Assembly: GCA_963790575.1 (NCBI GenBank)
Contig: CAWBPD010000026.1
Coordinates: 264,411 to 328,410 of the forward strand
Reading direction: 5' to 3'
From: Candidatus Dormiibacterota bacterium
GTDB lineage: Bacteria > Chloroflexota > Dormibacteria > Dormibacterales > Dormibacteraceae
Length of the DNA stretch: 64,000 bases
Below the pieces are notes generated by a model that saw only the letters and a program-made list of their open reading frames with translations, had not been told where the DNA came from and made no database searches. A program made the translations under genes and the position numbers. Positions within the stretch are counted from its first letter, which is position 1. Every line of letters begins with the position of its first letter. Shown in pieces: positions 17,704-26,777 of this stretch.

Positions 17704-18694
17704 AGTCGAGGTGGGAGGGCAGCCCGAAGGCTCCGAACGCGGTCCCATCAAGGAACGAGGTGATCTCGTGGATCTGCCCACCCCGGAACCCGAACACGTT
17801 GATCGACCACGCCCGATACGCGCCGGCGCCCTCGGGACGGAGGTAGAGGGCGGCAGCCGGCTGCCCGTTGGCGCTGGTCGAGAGGTGGCGCCAGGCCCCG
17901 CAGCTTCCGAGCGGGACCCGCACGGCGAAGTCCATCACCGCCGCCCGTCCGCGATACCAGTGTGGGAGCGGCGGCATCGACCAGGTGGCGTCCTCGGTCA
18001 GCAGCGAGGTCAGGAGGGCCGCGTCGCCTCGCTCGAGTGCGGCGCAGTAGCGGTTCACGACCTCGCGCAGGCGGGCGTCGTCCAGCCGCCGCGGCGTCGG
18101 CTGCAGGCTGTGCTCGGGGGCGCGGGCGGCGAGTGCTTTGCGCGCCCGCTCCAGCGCGCTGTTGACGGCGCCCACCGAGGTGCCCAGCATGGTGGCGATC
18201 TCGGCCGCTGAGAGCCCGACCACCTCGAAGAGGAGCAGCGCGGCACGCTGGTTCCCGGTCAGATGCTGGAGTGCGGCCACGAACGCGAGTTCCACCGCCT
18301 CTCGCTGTTCGTAGCGGGCTTCGGGGCTGAGCTGGCCCGCGGCCGCCTCAGCATCCGGGTAGGGGCCGAGCCAGGCGACTCCCTCCAGCGCGGTGTCGTC
18401 CACCACGGCGTGGTCGCTCGGAGGGCCCAGGTCGGCCGGCAGTACGTGCGGCTTGCGGGTCCTGATCGCGTCGAGGCAGGTGCGAGTGGCGACGGCGTAC
18501 AGCCAGGAGCGCCAGGATCCGCGCCCCTCGAACCGATGCCGGCCCCGCCAGGCGCGGAGCAACGTCTCCTGCACCGCGTCTTCGGCGTCGTGTATCGAGC
18601 CCAGCATCCGGTAGCAATGGGCACGCAACTGCGGCCGCAGGGGCTCCACCAGTCGCTCGAACACGGTCGCGTCGCCCAGGTCCGTTCCGACCAT
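17702..18694 (-). CDS. ECF41-type RNA polymerase sigma factor (SigJ-like) with a C-terminal SnoaL-like extension.
   Basis: Sigma region 2 is present (LLRAWRGRHRFEGRGSWRSWLYAVATRTCLD). Region 4 is present (LTGNQRAALLLFEVVGLSAAEIATMLGTSVGAVNSALERARKAL). A C-terminal extension of about 100 aa follows (YCAALERGDAALLTSLL...). The internal Met at 18694 was chosen as the start. Confidence 0.8.
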   Translation of the reverse strand: MVGTDLGDATVFERLVEPLRPQLRAHCYRMLGSIHDAEDAVQETLLRAWRGRHRFEGRGSWRSWLYAVATRTCLDAIRTRKPHVLPADLGPPSDHAVVDDTALEGVAWLGPYPDAEAAAGQLSPEARYEQREAVELAFVAALQHLTGNQRAALLLFEVVGLSAAEIATMLGTSVGAVNSALERARKALAARAPEHSLQPTPRRLDDARLREVVNRYCAALERGDAALLTSLLTEDATWSMPPLPHWYRGRAAVMDFAVRVPLGSCGAWRHLSTSANGQPAAALYLRPEGAGAYRAWSINVFGFRGGQIHEITSFLDGTAFGAFGLPSHLD

Positions 18695-18754
18695 CAGCGG
18701 GGAAAGTTCACTCACCGCGATGAGTATGGGGGCGCGGCGCCGTCTTGTCCTTCG

Positions 18755-19279
18755 ATGGCACTCCATGACCGTGACTACAGCTACGATCCCGAGCGGGCAG
18801 CGCTGCTCGAATTCCTCTCCGCGCAGCGGCAGAGCGTGCTCGCCATCCTTGACGGACTGGCGGAGGCGGCGTTGCGCATCTCCGTGATCCCTTCCGGCTG
18901 GACCCCGCTCGGTCTCGTCGAGCACCTGACGGGAGCCGAATTCTTCTGGATCCAGGTTGTCCTGCTCGGCACGCGTGGCCCCATCCCTCCCCTCGACGAC
19001 TCGGCCGAGGTCGGGGAGTGGGGTCCCTTCCTCACCGATCGCCCGGTTTCCGAGGTGATCGATGAATACCGCCGGCAGTGCGCCGAGAATGACGCTGCAC
19101 TCCGTGACCTACCACTCGAGACTGCTCCCCGCTTCCGGCCCCCGTGGGCGGGACCGGGGGAGGCCACCGACCTGCGGTGGATTCTGCTCCACCTGATCGA
19201 GGAGACGGCTCGGCACGCCGGTCACCTGGACATCGCCCGGGAACTGCTCGACGGGCGGACCGGCCTGGGTCCGCGGTAG
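18755..19279 (+). CDS. DinB-like / DUF664 (mycothiol-dependent transferase-like) four-helix-bundle protein.
   Basis: MALHDRDYSYDPERAALLEFLSAQRQSVLAILDGL...LEHLTGAEFFW...ARHAGHLDIARELLDG is typical of the DinB_2/DUF664 family. It is divergent from the ECF41 gene. Confidence 0.7.
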   Translation: MALHDRDYSYDPERAALLEFLSAQRQSVLAILDGLAEAALRISVIPSGWTPLGLVEHLTGAEFFWIQVVLLGTRGPIPPLDDSAEVGEWGPFLTDRPVSEVIDEYRRQCAENDAALRDLPLETAPRFRPPWAGPGEATDLRWILLHLIEETARHAGHLDIARELLDGRTGLGPR

Positions 19280-19380
19280 TCCACCCGTCTGACTTCCGCT
19301 TTCGCGTGAAAGTGGGCTCATCGGCCCCGCCATGGTGCCCCTCTCGCGTGAAAGCGGGGTTATTGGTCGCGCCTCGGATA

Positions 19381-19590
19381 ATGGAGCGCATGGTCACGGT
19401 CACCATCCTCCCCGACCGCGCGGTGCGCGAAGTCGAGGCGGGAACCGTTGCCGAGACGCTGCGCCGTCTCGGGCTGCACCAGGACGCCCACCTCGTCGTG
19501 CGCGGCGAGGACATCTTGACCGGGGACACCCGCCTGCGCGACGACGATCGGGTGGACGTGCTCCCCGTGATCTCGGGAGGGCGCCGCTGA
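19381..19590 (+). CDS. ThiS/MoaD-like ubiquitin-fold sulfur-carrier protein whose C-terminus is ...VISGGRR.
   Basis: This is about 69 aa (MERMVTVTILPDRAVREVEAGTVAETLRRLGLHQDAHLVVRGEDILTGDTRLRDDDRVDVLPVISGGRR). Its stop overlaps the ATG of the downstream PP-loop thiolase gene (TGATG). Confidence 0.65.
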   Translation: MERMVTVTILPDRAVREVEAGTVAETLRRLGLHQDAHLVVRGEDILTGDTRLRDDDRVDVLPVISGGRR

Positions 19591-20543
19591 TGTACTGCCA
19601 CACCTGCCGCAAGCCCGCCAACGTAGAGATCCGGCGCAGCCGGATCGCCTTCTGCGCCGGCTGCTACCCCGATTGGTTCCGCAAGCAGGTCCAGGAGCGC
19701 ATCGATCACGACCGCATGTTCCGGCGCGCCGACAAAGTGCTGGTCGCGGTCTCGGGCGGTAAGGACAGCCTCGCCCTCTGGCATGCCTTGACGGAGCTCG
19801 GCTACCAGGCCGACGGCATGTACATCCGGCTCGGGATCGGCGCCTACTCCCGGCGCTCGCAGGAGAAGTCGGAGGCGTTCGCGGCTCAGCACGGCCTCAC
19901 GCTCCACCAGGTCGATCTGGAGCGCGAGGAGGGCTTCGACGTGCCGGATCTGCGCGACGCGCGGAGTCACAAGCCCTGCGCCGCGTGCGGTGCCGTGAAG
20001 CGGTACCACTTCAACAAGCTGGCCTTCGACCTCGGCTACGACGTGGTCGCCACCGGCCACAACCTGGACGACGAGGCAGCCACCCTGTTCGGCAACATCG
20101 TCCACTGGAACATCGACTACCTGGGCCGCCAAGGGCCGGTACTGGAGAGCACCCACCCGGGCCTGGTGCGCAAGGTGAAGCCGCTCTACCGCCTCTCGGA
20201 GCGGGAGACCGCCGCCTACAGCGTGATCTCACGCATCGACTACATCCTGGAGGAGTGCCCGATGGCCAAGGGCGCGAAGTCGCTGGCCTACAAAGACCTG
20301 CTCAACGGTCTCGAGGAGCAGCAGCCGGGCGCCAAGCATCGCTTCCTGGTCGGGTACCTGAAGGGCGGCCGCAACGCCGTCGCCCAGGGTACGTTCGATC
20401 CCTCCACCGAGCTGCACCCGTGCGAGCGCTGCGGCCAGCCCGCCACCGGCAGGATTTGCTCCTACTGCCGCCTCGCCGAGCGCGGCCGGCAGACGCGCGA
20501 GCGGCTGGCCGGCAAGTACGCGGCGATCCCGATGGCGAAGTAG
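19590..20543 (+). CDS. ttuA: TtuA/TtcA-family tRNA 2-thiolation PP-loop ATPase (with N- and C-terminal CxxC zinc fingers).
   Basis: MYCHTCRKPANVEIRRSRIAFCAGCY is zinc finger 1. The PP-loop is VAVSGGKDS. Central cysteines are present (PCAACGAVKRYHF ... ECPMAKGAKS). The C-terminal zinc finger is HPCERCGQPATGRICSYCRL. Confidence 0.85.
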   Translation: MYCHTCRKPANVEIRRSRIAFCAGCYPDWFRKQVQERIDHDRMFRRADKVLVAVSGGKDSLALWHALTELGYQADGMYIRLGIGAYSRRSQEKSEAFAAQHGLTLHQVDLEREEGFDVPDLRDARSHKPCAACGAVKRYHFNKLAFDLGYDVVATGHNLDDEAATLFGNIVHWNIDYLGRQGPVLESTHPGLVRKVKPLYRLSERETAAYSVISRIDYILEECPMAKGAKSLAYKDLLNGLEEQQPGAKHRFLVGYLKGGRNAVAQGTFDPSTELHPCERCGQPATGRICSYCRLAERGRQTRERLAGKYAAIPMAK

Positions 20544-20544
20544 C

Positions 20545-21324
20545 TTGACCTACTTCGAGCGGCTGCGAGCCGGGATCGCGCGCACCGGCTCGCACCTCTG
20601 CGTAGGCCTGGACCCGGATCAGGATCGGATCCCCGGCGGCGCCGAGGGTGCCTACCGCCACTGCTCGCGGGTGATCCGGGAGACGCTCGCGCACACCTGT
20701 TGCTACAAGCCCAACTCGGCGTTCTGGGAGCAGTACGGGCCGAACGGCCTGGCCGCGCTGCGCCGGCTGCGCGAGGAGGCACCGCCGGAAGTGCCGTTTC
20801 TGTACGACGCCAAGCGCTCGGACGTCCCCAACACGATGGCGCGCTACGCCGAGGCGGCGTTCGGGGCGCTGGGCATGGATGCGATCACCTGCCAGGCGTA
20901 TCACGGAGCCGACTCGCTGCGCAAGCTGACTCGATACGCCGACCGGGGCGTGTACGTCGTCTGCCGGAGCTCGAACCCCGGCGCCTCCGACCTCCAGTAC
21001 AAGGAAGCGGACGGAGCCCCCTTCTATCAGCGCGTGGCCGAGCTGGCCGCCTCTGTCGACGAGGCTCACAACGTCGGTCTTGTCATGGGGGCCACGGCGC
21101 CGCCCGAGATCGAGGAGGTGCGGCGGCGGTCGGAGCTCCCGTTCCTGATTCCCGGCGTGGGGGCGCAGGGGGGAGACCTGGAAGCCTCGGTCCGCGCCGC
21201 GCTGTCCGACGATCTGACCTCTTGTCTGATCTCCGCCAGCAGGTCGGTGCTGTACGCCGACTCGCCAGGAGCGGCGGCGGCCGAGCTGGCGGCCGCCATC
21301 CGGGCCGCGCTGACACCGGCGTGA
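20545..21324 (+). CDS. pyrF: Orotidine 5'-phosphate decarboxylase (type 2), with a TTG start.
   Basis: SHLCVGLDPD...FLYDAKRSDVPNTMARYAE... and the overall length fit the long-form PyrF family. Confidence 0.8.
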   Translation: MTYFERLRAGIARTGSHLCVGLDPDQDRIPGGAEGAYRHCSRVIRETLAHTCCYKPNSAFWEQYGPNGLAALRRLREEAPPEVPFLYDAKRSDVPNTMARYAEAAFGALGMDAITCQAYHGADSLRKLTRYADRGVYVVCRSSNPGASDLQYKEADGAPFYQRVAELAASVDEAHNVGLVMGATAPPEIEEVRRRSELPFLIPGVGAQGGDLEASVRAALSDDLTSCLISASRSVLYADSPGAAAAELAAAIRAALTPA

Positions 21325-21794
21325 GAGCGGCGGTCCGCGCGCTGCTGCTCGACCCCACCGACCGCCTCCTGTTGCTCTGCGGGCACGACCCCTCGCGTCC
21401 CGAGCGGGGCCGGTTCTGGTTCACCGTCGGCGGGGGGCTGGATCCGGGGGAGGTGCCGGAGACGGCGCTGCGACGGGAGGTCGTCGAGGAGGTGGGAATC
21501 CAAGACCTCGAGGTCGGGCCCCCGGTCTGGCTGCTCCGCAACCGTTTTGTCTTCAACGGGCGAGCGGTCGACCAGGAGAACACCTTCTACCTGGTGCGGA
21601 CCGGGGAGACCGCCGTCGACCGCAGCGGGCAGGACGAGGTGGAGCAGGAGTCGATCGTGGGCGCGCGCTGGTGGACGCTGGCCGAGCTGCGCACGACCCC
21701 GGACCGGCTCTACCCGGTGCCGCTGGCCTCAGCGCTGACGGCGTTGCTCCATGAGGGCCCGCCGTCCGCGCCGATCCGCCTGCCCGACGAGTAG
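21321..21794 (+). CDS. NUDIX hydrolase. Its GTG start overlaps the pyrF stop.
   Basis: The Nudix box is GGGLDPGEVPETALRREVVEEVGI. The upstream part of ORF 20700..21794 lies inside pyrF and was discarded. Confidence 0.75.
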   Translation: MRAAVRALLLDPTDRLLLLCGHDPSRPERGRFWFTVGGGLDPGEVPETALRREVVEEVGIQDLEVGPPVWLLRNRFVFNGRAVDQENTFYLVRTGETAVDRSGQDEVEQESIVGARWWTLAELRTTPDRLYPVPLASALTALLHEGPPSAPIRLPDE

Positions 21795-21809
21795 ATCCGG
21801 GAGCGCGGG

Positions 21810-22151
21810 TCAGGCGATGGCCGGGTTGTCGACCACCCAGCGCCAGGTCCCGTCCGGCTGGCGCCGCGCGATCTCAGCCGTCGTGCCGGTCGCGACCACG
21901 CTGGAGGTAAGGGCAAGGTCGCCGGCGCGCACCGTCTCCTGCGGGCGGCCCGGCTCAAAGTGCGGCCGCGACCCCAGCAGCTCCGCGTACACGGCCCGGA
22001 TCGCGGTGTGACCGCGCGCCACCCGCCCGGGCCCGACCCGCAACACCGCGTCCGGCTCGTAGAGCGCGACCAGCCCCTCGAGGTCGCCGGCGTTGGCCCG
22101 CTCGACGAAGAGCCGTGCCAGGTCCTCTGGTTCGCGTGCGGTTTCCGTCAT
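21810..22151 (-). CDS. NTF2-like (SnoaL/DUF4440-like) small protein, paralog A.
   Basis: It is 113 aa (LFVERANAGDLEGLVALYEPDAVL...RRQPDGTWRWVVDNPAIA). It is about 60% identical to the adjacent paralog. Confidence 0.65.
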   Translation of the reverse strand: MTETAREPEDLARLFVERANAGDLEGLVALYEPDAVLRVGPGRVARGHTAIRAVYAELLGSRPHFEPGRPQETVRAGDLALTSSVVATGTTAEIARRQPDGTWRWVVDNPAIA

Positions 22152-22171
22152 CCGTCTCCCTCGCGTCAGAT

Positions 22172-22510
22172 TCAGTAAGCGATCGCCGGGTCATCGACGA
22201 CCCAGCGCCAGGTGCCGTCGGGCTGGCGGCGGGCGACCTCGGCTGCGGTCCCGGTGGGCAGCACCGTCGCGGTGAGAGCCACGTCGCCGGCGATCAGGGT
22301 GGGGCGGGCGACGCCGGGCGAAAATCGCGGCTGCACGGCGAACAGCTCGGCGTAGGCGCGGCGGATCTGATCGTGCCCGAGGGCACGCAGCCCGCTCGGG
22401 AAGGCGACCACCGCGCCCGGCTCGTAAAGCTCGAGGACGCCCTCCACGTCGCCGGCGTTGGCACGGTCCAGGAAGAGGAGCGAGAGGGATTCCGGAGTGT
22501 GGTCGAACAT
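22172..22510 (-). CDS. NTF2-like (SnoaL/DUF4440-like) small protein, paralog B. Its ATG abuts the IS1595 end.
   Basis: It is 112 aa (LFLDRANAGDVEGVLELYEPGAVV...RRQPDGTWRWVVDDPAIAY). The start codon lies in the sequence CATATG, which is part of the IS target site. Confidence 0.65.
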   Translation of the reverse strand: MFDHTPESLSLLFLDRANAGDVEGVLELYEPGAVVAFPSGLRALGHDQIRRAYAELFAVQPRFSPGVARPTLIAGDVALTATVLPTGTAAEVARRQPDGTWRWVVDDPAIAY

Positions 22511-22515
22511 ATGTT

Positions 22516-23572
22516 ATGGGGTATCCATTTGAGTGCAGCGCCCCCAAGATCTAGTAATCGCTCCGGGGCGCGATGAGCTCGTAGTACGGATGAGGATCGG
22601 TGGCAACGGCCTGCTCCACGAGCCGGTACCAGAGCAGCCCGCGAGCCTTGGAGGCTCGACGGTTGAAGCGGAACGTGTACTCGTCGAGGTAGTACCCGAG
22701 CTGACGGGCGTCCAGGCCGTTCTGGATGGTTCCGGCGAGCCAGCGTTTGAGCAGCGACGCGACTCGGTGGACACCCGGCAGCAGTTCGTGCGCCAACGAG
22801 CCGGAGTGCTCGATGGTCCGCTGATCGACGGTCACTCCGACCTTCTCGCCGAAGTCCTGGTAAAGGGGGTCGCCATCCGTCTGCAGGATCGATCCCGGGG
22901 CCACGTTCGTTTTCGCGAAGCTCACCAGGTCGAGCTTTCGACGCGTCCGGTCGATGACCGACATCCGAATGCGACCCAGCCCTCGCATCTGAGCCGCGGC
23001 ATGCTCGACCGCGATCACGACCTCGGCCTTGTTGTAGTACCGCGGCGTATTCATTCCGGGCGTCCGGCCACCGATGAAGGTGCAGTCCATCTCGACCACT
23101 CGGCCTGGACCTCCGAGCTTCTCGCGGTCCGGACGCACCATGGCGCGGCGCAGTTTGTGCATCCAGGCCCAGGCGGTCTGGTACGAGCCGAACCCGAGGA
23201 CGCGCTGCAGACCCAGGGCCGAGACGCCGTTCTTCTGGGCGCAGATGAACCACATAGCCGCGAACCAGGTCGGGAGCGGCAGGTGCGAACGGTGGAAGAT
23301 CGTGCCCGCGGTTGCCGACGTCTTGCGCCCACAGCGCCGGCACATCCATCGGGGCCCGGCCACTTTCCAGGCGTCCCCGTGCCCACATGCCGGACACACG
23401 AAGCCAGCCTTCCACCGCACACGGGCCAGGAACTCGACGCAACTGCCCTCGTCCGGAAACCATCGCTCGAATGCCTGCCAGCCTCCGGGGTAGTCGCGAC
23501 CGGCTTGAGGGTGATCTTCATCTGCCACGAGCACAAGATACTGGGGCTACTGCATTCAAGCAGATACCCCAT
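22516..23572 (-). mobile_element. IS1595-family insertion sequence, copy 1 (1057 bp).
   Basis: The ends are ATGGGGTATCCATTTGAGTGCAG and CTGCATTCAAGCAGATACCCCAT, which are imperfect inverted repeats. It is flanked by ACATATGT(T). It contains transposase ORF 22551..23534 on the minus strand (327 aa, GTG start), which has an N-terminal zinc finger (FVCPACGHGDAWKVAGPRWMCRRCGRK) and an IS1595 DDE domain. Confidence 0.85.
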
Positions 23573-23580
23573 ACATATGT

Positions 23581-24637
23581 ATGGGGTATCCATTTGAGTG
23601 CAGCGCCCCCAAGATCTAGTAATCGCTCCGGGGCGCGATGAGCTCGTAGTACGGATGAGGATCGGTGGCAACGGCCTGCTCCACGAGCCGGTACCAGAGC
23701 AGCCCGCGAGCCTTGGAGGCTCGACGGTTGAAGCGGAACGTGTACTCGTCGAGGTAGTACCCGAGCTGACGGGCGTCCAGGCCGTTCTGGATGGTTCCGG
23801 CGAGCCAGCGTTTGAGCAGCGACGCGACTCGGTGGACACCCGGCAGCAGTTCGTGCGCCAACGAGCCGGAGTGCTCGATGGTCCGCTGATCGACGGTCAC
23901 TCCGACCTTCTCGCCGAAGTCCTGGTAAAGGGGGTCGCCATCCGTCTGCAGGATCGATCCCGGGGCCACGTTCGTTTTCGCGAAGCTCACCAGGTCGAGC
24001 TTTCGACGCGTCCGGTCGATGACCGACATCCGAATGCGACCCAGCCCTCGCATCTGAGCCGCGGCATGCTCGACCGCGATCACGACCTCGGCCTTGTTGT
24101 AGTACCGCGGCGTATTCATTCCGGGCGTCCGGCCACCGATGAAGGTGCAGTCCATCTCGACCACTCGGCCTGGACCTCCGAGCTTCTCGCGGTCCGGACG
24201 CACCATGGCGCGGCGCAGTTTGTGCATCCAGGCCCAGGCGGTCTGGTACGAGCCGAACCCGAGGACGCGCTGCAGACCCAGGGCCGAGACGCCGTTCTTC
24301 TGGGCGCAGATGAACCACATAGCCGCGAACCAGGTCGGGAGCGGCAGGTGCGAACGGTGGAAGATCGTGCCCGCGGTTGCCGACGTCTTGCGCCCACAGC
24401 GCCGGCACATCCATCGGGGCCCGGCCACTTTCCAGGCGTCCCCGTGCCCACATGCCGGACACACGAAGCCAGCCTTCCACCGCACACGGGCCAGGAACTC
24501 GACGCAACTGCCCTCGTCCGGAAACCATCGCTCGAATGCCTGCCAGCCTCCGGGGTAGTCGCGACCGGCTTGAGGGTGATCTTCATCTGCCACGAGCACA
24601 AGATACTGGGGCTACTGCATTCAAGCAGATACCCCAT
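23581..24637 (-). mobile_element. IS1595-family insertion sequence, copy 2. It is 100% identical to copy 1 and lies in direct tandem with it.
   Basis: It is base-for-base identical to 22516..23572 and contains transposase ORF 23616..24599 (minus strand). It is separated from copy 1 by the 8 bp ACATATGT and followed by ACATATGTT. Confidence 0.85.
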
Positions 24638-24731
24638 ACATATGTTCCATTCTGGCCACAGGCGGCGATCCGCCGCAACCCTCCGGACCCGCGCCGGCGC
24701 CGCAACCCTGCCGCCCGGTTAGCATCCGGCG

Positions 24732-25193
24732 GTGGACGTACTGGAGTTCCGCCCGCGGCAGCGACGGACGTACCTGATCTGGGCGGCCGTCAGCGTTTTT
24801 CTGGTTCTGCTCGGCGTCCTGGGTGTGGCCGTGGCGCCTCACGTTGCCGGCGGGTGGACGGGGTTGCTCGTGCTCCCGGGTGGAGTCGGTCTCGTCCTCG
24901 CGCCGCTGACGCTCAACGGCGCCATCGCTCGCACCGTGTTCTCGGAGCATGGGATCCGGACCGGAGGGATCGTCAAGCGCCGGGCACGCTGGTCAGAGGT
25001 GTCCGCGATCCAGACCACGCGGGCCCAGGCCAGGAGCGCGCACGGCACCCGGGTCCGGGTGCAGCTCTCGTCGGGGAAGTCGTTCCGGCTCTCGGCGCCC
25101 TCCGACCTCCCCGACGGGGAGGACTCGGAATTCCTGGCCAAGCTCGGCCGCATCGAGGCCTACTGGCACGCCCGGCGGAACCGGTCAGGTTGA
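24732..25193 (+). CDS. Hypothetical membrane protein with a bacterial PH-like C-terminal region.
   Basis: There are two N-terminal transmembrane helices, then a soluble beta-rich region (GIRTGGIVKRRARWSEVSAIQTT...VRVQLSSGKSFRLSAP). No firm family assignment could be made. Confidence 0.45.
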   Translation: MDVLEFRPRQRRTYLIWAAVSVFLVLLGVLGVAVAPHVAGGWTGLLVLPGGVGLVLAPLTLNGAIARTVFSEHGIRTGGIVKRRARWSEVSAIQTTRAQARSAHGTRVRVQLSSGKSFRLSAPSDLPDGEDSEFLAKLGRIEAYWHARRNRSG

Positions 25194-25311
25194 CCGGCCG
25201 CCCGGCATCGGTCGGAGGACGGACGCAATCCGCGGGCTGCGATTGGCACGATAGAGACATGCGATCCACCTTCAGCGCCGCGCCACCCGCGGCCAGGCTC
25301 GGGAGCGGCCG

Positions 25312-26235
25312 GTGAGCGACTCCCGCCGGCTCCGTCTCCTCTGTGTCCACGCCCATCCCGACGACGAGTCGAGCAAGGGGGCGGCGACCATGGCCAAATA
25401 CGCCCGCGAGGGCGTCCGGGTCATGGTCGTCACCTGCACCGGAGGGGAGCGGGGGAGCATCCTCAACCCGGCGCTGGAGGGCGACGAGACGCTGGCCGCC
25501 AACATGGGGGAGGTACGGCGTCGCGAGATGGAGCGGGCCGCGGCGATCCTCGGCGTCGAACATCGCTGGCTCGGCTTCGTCGATTCCGGTTTCACCCGCG
25601 ATGGCCCCGAGCCGGTGGCGCTGCCCGAGGGCTGCTTCGCGCTGCAGCCGCTGGAGGTGACGGCGGGGGCGTTGGTGCGGATCCTCCGCGAGTTCCGGCC
25701 GCAGGTCATGACGACCTACGACGAGAGCGGCGGCTACCCCCATCCCGACCACCTGATGACCCACCAGGTCTCGATGGCGGCGCTGAGGGCGGCCGCCGAC
25801 GCCGAGCAGTACCCGGACGCCGGGGAGCCCTGGCAGGTCTCGAAGCTCTACTACAACGGCGGGATGTGGCGGGGTGGCCTGCTCAAGATCCACCAGGCGA
25901 TGCTCGACCGCGGCCTCGAATCGCCGTTCGCGGAGATGCTGGAGTGGTTCGCGAAGATGCCGGTGCGTCTGCGGCCGCCCACTACCACCTACATCGACTG
26001 CGCCCGGTACTTCCCGATTCGCGACGCCGCCCTCAAGGCGCACGAGAGCCAGGTCGACCCCGAGGGTCGGTGGTTCAAGGCGCCGATGGACCTGCAACAG
26101 GAGATGGCACCCAACGAGGAGTTCACGCTCGCCGGCACCACCATCCCCGCCACGCTCCCGGAGACCGACCTGTTCGCCGGTCTGCGGGACCCCTCTCAGG
26201 CCTCAGCGGAGCGCGAGGCGGTCCAGGCTTCATAG
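25312..26235 (+). CDS. mca: Mycothiol S-conjugate amidase / LmbE-like (PIG-L) zinc deacetylase.
   Basis: LCVHAHPDDESSKGAATMAKYAREGVRVMVVTCTGGERGSILNP closely matches the N-terminus of the Mca/MshB family, including the HxDDE zinc motif. Confidence 0.8.
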   Translation: MSDSRRLRLLCVHAHPDDESSKGAATMAKYAREGVRVMVVTCTGGERGSILNPALEGDETLAANMGEVRRREMERAAAILGVEHRWLGFVDSGFTRDGPEPVALPEGCFALQPLEVTAGALVRILREFRPQVMTTYDESGGYPHPDHLMTHQVSMAALRAAADAEQYPDAGEPWQVSKLYYNGGMWRGGLLKIHQAMLDRGLESPFAEMLEWFAKMPVRLRPPTTTYIDCARYFPIRDAALKAHESQVDPEGRWFKAPMDLQQEMAPNEEFTLAGTTIPATLPETDLFAGLRDPSQASAEREAVQAS

Positions 26236-26777
26236 GCGCGACGCCAGTCGGCACGCGTCACGTCGAACAGCTGCTCGTCGATGTACCGGCCACCCTTGAC
26301 GTCCACCCACTTGCGCACACCCGCCCTCCGGTAACCCTGCTTCAGGAGCGCCGCCGCCGAGCGAGTGTTGGTCTCCGCCACCTCGGAGCGCAGCACGTGG
26401 AGCCCGATCCTCTCGAAGCAGTACCCGAGCAAGAGGTGCTTGGCCTCGGTGCCGTACCCCTGGCCCCGGATGACGGCCGGGCCCACGCCGCTGAACGTTT
26501 CTCCGTTCCGGTGCACCCAGTCGAGGTCGAACACGCCGACCACGCCGACGAGGCTGTCGTCCTGGCGGAGGCAGACGGCGAACGCGATGCTGTCCGGCGG
26601 GCGCGTCCGGTACTCCTGCTCGATCCCGGCCACGCGTTGGAGAGGGCTCGTCGGGACCCGCTCGCGGTACATGAACGTGTCTTCCTCGACCGCATCAAGC
26701 CACGCCAGTCGGTCCGCGTCGGAGAGTTCGAGCGCGCGCAGGTACACACGCTCGCCGATCAGGAGCGGATTACGCAT
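26196..26777 (-). CDS. GNAT-family N-acetyltransferase (RimJ/RimL-like), copy 1.
   Basis: 193 aa (...GVVGVFDLDWVHRNGETFSGVGPAVIRGQGYGTEAKHLLLGYCFERIGLHVLRSEVAETNTRSAALL). Confidence 0.8.
   Translation of the reverse strand: MRNPLLIGERVYLRALELSDADRLAWLDAVEEDTFMYRERVPTSPLQRVAGIEQEYRTRPPDSIAFAVCLRQDDSLVGVVGVFDLDWVHRNGETFSGVGPAVIRGQGYGTEAKHLLLGYCFERIGLHVLRSEVAETNTRSAAALLKQGYRRAGVRKWVDVKGGRYIDEQLFDVTRADWRRAYEAWTASRSAEA

Noticed and set aside
19032-20156. ORF 19032..20156 (minus, 374 aa).
   Set aside because: It is antisense to the DinB-like, ThiS-like and TtuA genes and shows no domain similarity.
22294-24722. Long ORFs 22294..23463, 22533..23597, 23518..24528 and 23598..24722 within the IS1595 copies.
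   Set aside because: They are antisense or alternative frames of the IS1595 transposase. They are duplicated only because the IS itself is duplicated.
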